NCBI GenBank assembly: GCA_005779345.1
Contig: SXJQ01000087.1
Coordinates: 1-38,341 of the forward strand
Reading direction: 5' to 3'
From: Actinomycetota bacterium
GTDB lineage: Bacteria; Actinomycetota; Acidimicrobiia; IMCC26256; PALSA-610
DNA: 38,341 bases
The stretch's first letter is position 1; the number at the start of each line of letters is the position of its first letter. The notes below the pieces were generated by a model. That model was not told the origin of the DNA. It ran no database searches and saw nothing but the letters and a program-made list of their open reading frames with translations. The position numbers were made by a program, and so were the translations under genes. Positions 15,418 through 22,637 of this stretch are shown here, one piece after another.

Positions 15418-17010
15418 GTGACTGAGGGGGTGGCGCCGGGGCCTGGCGCGCGGGCGCGCGCATCGGCCGCGTCGTTTCCTCCGGCGGGCGGCGCCGTGGT
15501 TGTCGGCGCCGTGGTTGCCGTCGTCGGGGCCGGGATCCTCCTGCGGTTCGTCACCGCTTCGGACCTCTGGCTCGACGAGGCGCTGACCGTCAACATCTCG
15601 GGGCTGGCCTTCGGCGACATCCCCGACTGGCTCCGCCACGACGGCGCACCGCCGCTCTACTACTTCTTGTTGCATGCCTGGACCGCGGTGTTCGGCGACG
15701 GCGACACGTCGGCCCGCGCGCTCACCGGCGTGTTCGGCGTCGCTGCGCTCCCGCTCGCGTGGTCGTGTGGGCGCCGCATCGGTGGCCGGCCGTTGGCGGT
15801 GGCGGTGCTCGTCGTGACGGCGACGAGCCCGTACGCGATCCGCTACTCCACCGAGGCGCGCATGTACGGCCTCGAGATCTTCCTCGTGTTCGCCGGGATG
15901 CTCGCCGTCCGTCGGGCGTTCGACGACCCGTCGCCGGCGCGGCTCGCTCCGGTAGCGGTCGTGAGTTCGGCCCTCCTCTTCACGCAGTACTGGTGCCTGT
16001 CGCTGGTCGGTGTCACCGGGCTCACGCTGCTCCTCGTCGCGTGGCGCGGCCCCGACGACCTGCGGCGGGCGGCGCGCCGGATCTTCGTCGCGACGGCGAT
16101 CGGTGCGGCGACGTTCGCGGCATGGCTCCCGGTGTTGTTCGACCAGCGGGCGCATACCGGCACGCCGTGGGGTACGCCGCAGTTGCCGCCGGGCCCGATC
16201 GGCACGACGTTCATCGGTTTCGCCGGCGGCGACGACCATCCGGAGGGCTGGACGCTCTACCTCCTCTCGGTCCCACTGCTCGTGATCGGCGCGTTGGGCG
16301 TTGCCGCGTACGGGCGCTGGGAGGTGCGGCTGGATCTGCGGGCCCGTACACCCGTGCGCGCCGAGACGATCCTCGGTGGCGTGACCCTCGTCGTCGCCTG
16401 TTCGGTCGCGTACGTCGGCGAGAGCGCGTTCGAACCGCGGTACTCGGCGATCGTGTTCCCGATGTACGCCCTGATCATCGCGGGGGGCATCACGTTGCTC
16501 GCGGACGCGCGTGTGCGAGCGGCGGCGCTCGCGTTGGTCGCCGTGGTCGGCCTCGTCGGTGGAACGCGCAACGCGGTCGAGCAACGGACCCAGACGGGCG
16601 CGGTCGCCGCGATGATCGCGGCCGAGGCGACGCCCGGCGAGGTCGTCGTCTACTGCCCCGACCAACTCGGGCCGGCCACCCATCGCGTGCTGGCGCGGGA
16701 GCGCCCCGACCTCGTGGAGTTGCGGTACCCGGACCTCTCGACCGACGTCGGGTTCGTCGACTGGGTCGACTACGAGGCGCGACTCGCGGATCCTGATCGT
16801 TCGCCCGAACGGGTCGCGGCGCGGGTGATCGAACGGGCGGGAACCGGTCGGATCTGGGTCGTCAGCGCGGGTGGCTACCGCACGCACGACGCCTACTGCG
16901 GCCCGCTGATCACGGCACTCGCGGTCGCCGGGCGACAGGCGGTGCCCCGGATCGCGCCCGACGAGACGATCTTCGAACGCGCGGGGCTGTACGAGCTGCG
17001 GGTCGGATGA
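15418..17010 (+). CDS. GT-C fold membrane glycosyltransferase (PMT_2 / family 39-like)
   Basis: ORF 15301..17010. It is polytopic, with the first-loop acidic motif LWLDEALT followed by APPLYYFLLHAW. Start is GTG 15418 (7 nt after TAGCGT at 15405-15410) or GTG 15409. Confidence 0.75.
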   Translation: MTEGVAPGPGARARASAASFPPAGGAVVVGAVVAVVGAGILLRFVTASDLWLDEALTVNISGLAFGDIPDWLRHDGAPPLYYFLLHAWTAVFGDGDTSARALTGVFGVAALPLAWSCGRRIGGRPLAVAVLVVTATSPYAIRYSTEARMYGLEIFLVFAGMLAVRRAFDDPSPARLAPVAVVSSALLFTQYWCLSLVGVTGLTLLLVAWRGPDDLRRAARRIFVATAIGAATFAAWLPVLFDQRAHTGTPWGTPQLPPGPIGTTFIGFAGGDDHPEGWTLYLLSVPLLVIGALGVAAYGRWEVRLDLRARTPVRAETILGGVTLVVACSVAYVGESAFEPRYSAIVFPMYALIIAGGITLLADARVRAAALALVAVVGLVGGTRNAVEQRTQTGAVAAMIAAEATPGEVVVYCPDQLGPATHRVLARERPDLVELRYPDLSTDVGFVDWVDYEARLADPDRSPERVAARVIERAGTGRIWVVSAGGYRTHDAYCGPLITALAVAGRQAVPRIAPDETIFERAGLYELRVG

Positions 17011-18158
17011 CGGCGGCGACCGACGACCGCGCCCTCGACCGCGCGGGCGATCCGGGCAGCGCCGGCCGCGCGCTCGTGGTCGCGATCGGGCCGTGGATCC
17101 TGTCGCGCGCGCTCGTCGCCGCCGCACTGGCCACGGCCCGCCACGTGGCCGACACGGCGTTCGCGGGTCGCCCACCGACGATCGACCACGGCCTCTTGGC
17201 GTGGGACGCGGCGTGGTACGGCGACATCGCCAAGTTCGGATACGAGGGTGTCGACCCCGCGGGCCTGCGCTTCTTCCCGTTGCTGCCGCTCCTCGGTCGT
17301 GCCGTGGGTGCGATCGTTCCGGGAATCGACGCGGGGAAGGGCGTGGTCGTCGTCGCGAACCTCGCGGCGCTGTGGTTCCTCGTGAAGCTCCATCGCTTCG
17401 TCGTCCGCGAGTCGGGCGACGCCGACACCGCTCGCCGCGCGGTGTGGATCGGCGTGCTCGCACCGCCGGCGTTCGTGCTCGTGATGGGCTACGCCGAGTC
17501 GGTGCTCCTGCTCGCTGCCGTCGGCGCGATCGACGCCACCCGACGCGGCCGCCCGTGGCGGGCGCTGCCATGGGCGATCGTGGCCGGCCTCGCCCGGCCG
17601 ACGGGGATCCTCGTCGCGATCCCGTTGCTCGTCGAAGTGTTCGAGCGCTGGCGACCGGCCAGGCCGCGCGACCGGCTCGCGGGCCTCGCCGCCGCCGCGG
17701 GCGCGCCCATCGGCCAACTCGTGTTCCTCGTCTGGGCGCGTGAGCGGGCCGGCTCGTTGTTCGAACCGCTCCGCATCCACAACCGCACGACCTTGCGGGG
17801 CGGCGTCGTCAATCCGCTCGGCGCGATGTGGGATGCACTCAGCGACCTCCGGCTCGGCGACCGGTTCGGCTCGGGGCTGCATTTCTTCACGGCGATCGTC
17901 TTGCTGTCGCTGCTCGTCCACATCTGGCGTCGGGGGCCGCGATCGATGTTCTGGTACGCGCTCGCCTCATCGGTGATCGGCCTGTCGGCCGCGAACCTCG
18001 ACTCGATCGAGCGCTACGCGTTCGCAACGTTGCCGTTCATCGTCGCGGGCGCGACCCTCACCGAACGGCCGATGGTGGAGCGGTACGTACTCGTCTTGTC
18101 GGGCACTGGGCTCGTCGCCATGTCGATGCTCGCCTTCTTCGGAACTCTGGTGCCATGA
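17007..18158 (+). CDS. PIG-V-like (GT76-type) integral membrane mannosyltransferase family protein
   Basis: 383-aa polytopic ORF. The N-terminal loop motif WDAAWYGDIAKFGY matches the PIG-V/Mannosyl_trans2 family. ATGA overlap with the upstream stop at 17007-17010. Confidence 0.65.
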   Translation: MTAATDDRALDRAGDPGSAGRALVVAIGPWILSRALVAAALATARHVADTAFAGRPPTIDHGLLAWDAAWYGDIAKFGYEGVDPAGLRFFPLLPLLGRAVGAIVPGIDAGKGVVVVANLAALWFLVKLHRFVVRESGDADTARRAVWIGVLAPPAFVLVMGYAESVLLLAAVGAIDATRRGRPWRALPWAIVAGLARPTGILVAIPLLVEVFERWRPARPRDRLAGLAAAAGAPIGQLVFLVWARERAGSLFEPLRIHNRTTLRGGVVNPLGAMWDALSDLRLGDRFGSGLHFFTAIVLLSLLVHIWRRGPRSMFWYALASSVIGLSAANLDSIERYAFATLPFIVAGATLTERPMVERYVLVLSGTGLVAMSMLAFFGTLVP

Positions 18159-19639
18159 TCCGCGTCGTGAGCCCTCGGCGTTGGACTCGCTTCGGCCGGT
18201 TCCTGCTCGCGATCGCGCTCGTCGCGCTCGCCGTGCGGATCACGTACGTCGCGTGGGGCAAGGGCGGATCGTGTCCGACGGGTGTCGAAGACGTCGTCGC
18301 CCCGACCCAGTGCCCGTCGGTCGATCCCGACACGCCGAACGACAGCACCTATTACAACTCCGCGGCGAACCATCTCGCGCGCGGCGGCGGGCTCACCGAC
18401 CCGTTCCGCCCCGACGAGCCCGCGGCCGATCACCCGCCGCTGACGGTGTTCGCGCTCGCCCCGGTGTCGTGGCTCGGCGATCGCCTGCCCGACTCGTGGA
18501 TCGGCGACCCGACGAATCAGGTTCCGCAGCGTTATGCGATGGCGTTGTTCGGCACCGCGGTCGTGGTCGGGATCGGCTTCGCCGGGCGGCGTCTCGGTCG
18601 CTCCGGCGATCTCGGCGGCCCAGGCGATCGCGGTCGCGCGGACCGGGGCGACTCGGTCGGCCTCATCGCCGCGGGCGTGGCCGCGATCTATCCCGGCCTC
18701 TGGATCAGCGACGCGCTGATCTTCTCCGAGACGGTCACGAACCTCGCCGTCGTGCTCGCGATCCTCGCGGCATTGCGGGCGCGTGAGGCGCTCACGACCC
18801 GGCGGCTCGTGATCCTCGGCGTCGCGTGTGCACTCGCCGGCCTCGCCCGCGCCGAGTTGTTGCTCTTCGGCCCGCTCCTCGCGGCGATCATCGTGCCGTG
18901 GCGCGAGCCGAAGGTGTTGCGTCGAATCGGCGCGGTCGCAGTCGGTGCGATCGCGCTCGTCGGTCCGTGGGTCGTCTACAACAACCTCCGCTTCGAGGAG
19001 TTCACCTTCGTCTCGACGAACGACGGCCTCGCGATCGCGGCATCGAACTGCGAGCCTGTGTACCACGGCGCCAACATCGGGTTGACGAGCTACGACGCGG
19101 CGCCTGCCGACGCCGCGCCCGAGATCAAGGCCGATCCGATCTACTGCGTCGAGATCTGGGATCGTGACGACCTCGAAATGTGTCCGCAACGGGTCGCGCA
19201 GTGCGGCGACCAGTCGGAGGTGTCGAAGTATTTGCGGGATCGGACTCTGCGGTACATCGGCAACAACATGAAGTGGCAGCCCGTCGTCATGTCGGCGCGG
19301 GTCGGGCGAGTCTGGAACCTGTATCGACCGTTCGACATGGTCTGGTTCAACGAGGGCGAGGACCGCGAAGCCTGGGCGACGCGATCGGCCCTGTTCTCGT
19401 TCTATCCGGTGGCGTTGCTCGCGGTCGTCGGCGGGATCCGACTCCGGCGTGATCGCCGCACGCTGCTGGCGCTCCTCGTGCCGATCGCGGTCGTCACGAT
19501 CGGTGCCGCGGTCACCTACGGTCAGGCGCGCTACCGCGCGGCCGCGGAGCCGAGCCTCGTACTGCTGGCCGCGGTGGCCCTAGCGTGGATCGCCGGGCGT
19601 CGAGCCCGAGCCGGAGGGTCCGAGGAGGTGCAGGGGTGA
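18155..19639 (+). CDS. ArnT/PMT-like GT-C membrane glycosyltransferase
   Basis: ORF 17828..19639 trimmed to ATG 18155 (ATGA overlap 18155-18158). Motifs: DSTYYNSAANHLA ... ADHPPL. It is homologous along its length to the C-terminal halves of the two AT3 fusion proteins (LWISDALIFSE vs LWINDEMLMSE, ARVGRVWNLYRP vs ARIGRMWDVYRP). Confidence 0.75.
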   Translation: MIRVVSPRRWTRFGRFLLAIALVALAVRITYVAWGKGGSCPTGVEDVVAPTQCPSVDPDTPNDSTYYNSAANHLARGGGLTDPFRPDEPAADHPPLTVFALAPVSWLGDRLPDSWIGDPTNQVPQRYAMALFGTAVVVGIGFAGRRLGRSGDLGGPGDRGRADRGDSVGLIAAGVAAIYPGLWISDALIFSETVTNLAVVLAILAALRAREALTTRRLVILGVACALAGLARAELLLFGPLLAAIIVPWREPKVLRRIGAVAVGAIALVGPWVVYNNLRFEEFTFVSTNDGLAIAASNCEPVYHGANIGLTSYDAAPADAAPEIKADPIYCVEIWDRDDLEMCPQRVAQCGDQSEVSKYLRDRTLRYIGNNMKWQPVVMSARVGRVWNLYRPFDMVWFNEGEDREAWATRSALFSFYPVALLAVVGGIRLRRDRRTLLALLVPIAVVTIGAAVTYGQARYRAAAEPSLVLLAAVALAWIAGRRARAGGSEEVQG

Positions 19640-21195
19640 GCGAGCGCCAGCCGCGGATCGGGATCCTCGTGGTCGCGTACAACGCCGCCGCCACCCTCGC
19701 GCACGTCCTCGACCGCATCCCGCGCGACTTCGCACCGCGGATCAGCGAGGTCCTCGTCTTCGACGATCACAGCGACGACGCGACCTATCTCGTCGGACTC
19801 GGCTATCAGCAGGCCAACGCGCACCTGCCGCTCCGGGTGTTCCGGAACGACCGCAATCTCGGCTACGGCGGCAACCAGAAGGCCGGGTATCGGTGGGCGA
19901 TCGAGCACGACCTCGACATCATCGTGCTGTTGCACGGCGACGGCCAGTACGCGCCCGAGATGCTCCCCGAGATGGTCGCCCCGCTCGAGCGCGGCGAGGC
20001 CGACGCGGTCTTCGGGTCGCGGATGCTCACGAAGGGCGCGGCGCGTCGCGGCGGAATGCCGGTCTACAAGTACGTCGGCAACAAGATCCTGACCCGGGTG
20101 CAGAACGCGATCGGTGGCGCCGATCTCTCGGAGTGGCACAGCGGCTACCGCGCCTACTCGGTCGCCGCGCTCCGCAAGATCCCCTTCGAGCGCAATGTCG
20201 ACGTCTTCGACTTCGACTGCCAGATCATCATCCAACTGCTCGAGACGCAGCAGCGCATCGTCGAGATCCCGATTCCGACCTACTACGGCGACGAGATCTC
20301 CTACGTGAACGGGCTCGGCTACGCCCGCGACGTCGTGCGTGACGTCGTCGTCTACCGCGCGCACAAGATGGGCTTCGGGAGCGGAGCGACGGCCTTCGCC
20401 TCGCGCGAGTACGAGCTCAAGGAGGAGGCCGCGACCTCGCACCGCTCGATCGTCGCCGCGCTGTCGGTCGGCCCGCCGCGACGGGTGCTCGACCTCGGTT
20501 GCTCCGCCGGGCACCTCGCTGCCGAACTGCGCAAACTCGGCCACGAGGTGGTCGGGGTCGATGTCGAGGAACACGCCGAGGTCGCCGAACGCGTCGACCG
20601 ATTCGTGCGCGCGGATCTCGACGACGGGATCCCCGAGGCGGTCGGCGACGGATTCGACATCGTGCTCGCCGCCGACGTGCTCGAACACGTGCCGCACCCC
20701 GAACACATGCTGCGCGACGCCCGCCGCGTGCTCGCCCCGGGTGGCCGCATGCTCGTCTGCGTTCCCAACATCGGACACTGGTACCCGCGAGCGCGGGTCG
20801 CGGCCGGCCGGTTCGCGTACGAACGCCGCGGCATCCTCGACGCAGGGCACGTGCGGTTCTTCACGCGACGCAGCTTCGGGCAACTCGCGCGCGAGCAGGG
20901 GTTCGAGATCACACGCCGCTGGGCCGTCGGTGTGCCCATCGAGGTCACCGCACGCGCTGCCGGTGGTCGGGTGACCGGGCGCACGACCCCGACCGCGCGG
21001 CGTTCGGGCCCGAACGCGGTGTTGCGCGCTGCGGGGCGGGTCGACGCCGCGCTCGCCCGGGCGTGGCCGACGCTGTTCGGTTACCAGCTCCTGTTCGAGC
21101 TCACTCCGCGTCGGGACACTGCAAGACCGGCCCCGACGGAGACGGCGGTGGCACCCCACACGGACGCTGGAACACCCTCGCCAACCCGAAGCTGA
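19636..21195 (+). CDS. GT2 (polyprenol-phosphate sugar synthase-like) glycosyltransferase fused to class I SAM methyltransferase
   Basis: ORF 19585..21195 trimmed to GTG 19636 (GTGA overlap 19636-19639). The N-terminal half carries GILVVAYNAA, FDDHSDD and LLHGDGQY (GT-A DxD type). The C-terminal half carries VLDLGCSAGHLA (SAM motif I) and DIVLAADVLEHVP. Confidence 0.85.
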   Translation: MSERQPRIGILVVAYNAAATLAHVLDRIPRDFAPRISEVLVFDDHSDDATYLVGLGYQQANAHLPLRVFRNDRNLGYGGNQKAGYRWAIEHDLDIIVLLHGDGQYAPEMLPEMVAPLERGEADAVFGSRMLTKGAARRGGMPVYKYVGNKILTRVQNAIGGADLSEWHSGYRAYSVAALRKIPFERNVDVFDFDCQIIIQLLETQQRIVEIPIPTYYGDEISYVNGLGYARDVVRDVVVYRAHKMGFGSGATAFASREYELKEEAATSHRSIVAALSVGPPRRVLDLGCSAGHLAAELRKLGHEVVGVDVEEHAEVAERVDRFVRADLDDGIPEAVGDGFDIVLAADVLEHVPHPEHMLRDARRVLAPGGRMLVCVPNIGHWYPRARVAAGRFAYERRGILDAGHVRFFTRRSFGQLAREQGFEITRRWAVGVPIEVTARAAGGRVTGRTTPTARRSGPNAVLRAAGRVDAALARAWPTLFGYQLLFELTPRRDTARPAPTETAVAPHTDAGTPSPTRS

Positions 21196-22582
21196 TCGCG
21201 CCCCCGGCGACACAGATCGCGACGACGCCCGCGAGCACGGCGCGCGACCTGCGGCGCGCGACCAGCACCTGCATCCCGACGATCGCCAGCACGAGCAGCG
21301 GCGGGAAGAAGTCGGCCAGGTACCGGTGCGAGACGAACGCGATCGTCAGCACGAAGCTCGTCCCGAGCGCACCGCCGACCACCGGACCCCACACCGCAGT
21401 GAGCGCGGGGCGGCGGACGAGCGCGACGACCCCGACGAGACCGAGGACCACGAAGCCCGGGAGGCTCGCCGGGAGGCTCGACGAACGATCGAGGGTGTCG
21501 AAGACGGCGTCGCCGAAGACATGGGCCCGCGGCGGAAACGCGACGAACGGTGCGCGGTCGTCGACGCGGATCGCGTCGGGTCGGAGGTACTGCCAGAGGG
21601 TCGTCGGCACGTACTGCAGGCCGAAGAGCGAGCCGTCGTTCGCGGCCAGGGCCGCCTCACGCGCGTCGTTGAGCGTGCCGAACCCGTCGGGGTCGCTGAA
21701 CACCTGGTGATCGAGGGGGAGCCGGGTCGGACTCCCGAACCGCGCGGTGTTGGCCCCGGCGTGCAGCACGACGGGCACGATCACAGCGGCGGCGAGCACC
21801 GCGAGGTGCCGGCGGAAGTCGCGACCCGAATCGGGCTGACGCGAGTCGGTCCGGCCTGAGTCGGGCTGGCTCGGCGCAGCGAAGCGGGCTCGCGTCCGCG
21901 GCCACGCGTAGCCGGCCGTGAACAGCGCGACGCCGGCGACCGCGCCGAGCCCGACCGAGATGCGCGAGGTCGTCGTGATCGCGGCCCACACGGCGACCCA
22001 GGCCGCACCGCGCGTCGACGGCGCGCGTGCGAATCGAAACAACGCGTCGGCCGTCGCGACCGCTCCGGCGATGCCCCACAACTCCATCTCGTGGTACACG
22101 ACACCGCGGCTCATGAGGAACGTCGCGATCGATCCGGCACCGACGAGGAGTTGGAACCCCGCGACGGCCCACGGTTCGGCGCGTCCCACGGGCGCGCCCG
22201 GCCGCAGCGCATCGCGCACGGCCCACGAGAGCCGCGCCGAGAACCACAGCAAGAGGCCCGAGGCGAGCAACATCGACGCGATCGCGAGGCGGCCGTCCCA
22301 GGAGTCGGGGAGTGCGGCGAACGGGACGCGGAGCAGGCTCGGCCAGATCCCGAAGTAGGTGTGGCGCCGGCCGTCGATCACGAACGCCTCGAGACCGAGC
22401 ACATCGGGTCGGCTCGGCAGGTCCCACCGGCCGTGGAGCCACGCCGAAGCCTGGGCGGGATGGATCCCCGCGAACGGTTGCGAGGTGCGGGTGATCAGCA
22501 ACGCGCCGACGAGCCACGCGGCGCTCGAACCGATCCACGCCGCACGCGTGAGACGCGCGTCGGGGCTCGGCGGGGAGGCCAT
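21101..22582 (-). CDS. polytopic membrane protein of unknown function (possible GT-C type enzyme)
   Basis: ORF 21101..22960 trimmed to ATG 22582 (MASPPSPD), 8 nt after a TAGAGT box (plus strand 22591-22596). It has many hydrophobic segments and I recognised no family motif. Its 3' end overlaps the convergent GT2-MT gene by 95 nt. Confidence 0.6.
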   Translation of the reverse strand: MASPPSPDARLTRAAWIGSSAAWLVGALLITRTSQPFAGIHPAQASAWLHGRWDLPSRPDVLGLEAFVIDGRRHTYFGIWPSLLRVPFAALPDSWDGRLAIASMLLASGLLLWFSARLSWAVRDALRPGAPVGRAEPWAVAGFQLLVGAGSIATFLMSRGVVYHEMELWGIAGAVATADALFRFARAPSTRGAAWVAVWAAITTTSRISVGLGAVAGVALFTAGYAWPRTRARFAAPSQPDSGRTDSRQPDSGRDFRRHLAVLAAAVIVPVVLHAGANTARFGSPTRLPLDHQVFSDPDGFGTLNDAREAALAANDGSLFGLQYVPTTLWQYLRPDAIRVDDRAPFVAFPPRAHVFGDAVFDTLDRSSSLPASLPGFVVLGLVGVVALVRRPALTAVWGPVVGGALGTSFVLTIAFVSHRYLADFFPPLLVLAIVGMQVLVARRRSRAVLAGVVAICVAGGAISFGLARVFQRPCGVPPPSPSGPVLQCPDAE

Positions 22583-22590
22583 CGGCGGCG

Positions 22591-22630
22591 ACTCTACGCG
22601 CCGCCCATCGGGTGCGCGACCCCGTACGAT
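22591..22630. promoter_or_regulatory. back-to-back -10-like boxes in the 55-bp divergent gap
   Basis: TAGAGT (complement of 22591-22596) lies 8 nt before ATG 22582 on the minus strand. TACGAT (22625-22630) lies 7 nt before TTG 22638 on the plus strand. Confidence 0.35.
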
Positions 22631-22637
22631 CGGCACC

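Noticed and set aside
14884-17571. 895-aa minus-strand ORF across the LLM and GT-C genes
   Set aside because: It is extremely Arg/Pro-rich (RRRR runs), has no domains, and lies antisense to ORFs with clear LLM and PMT_2-like motifs.
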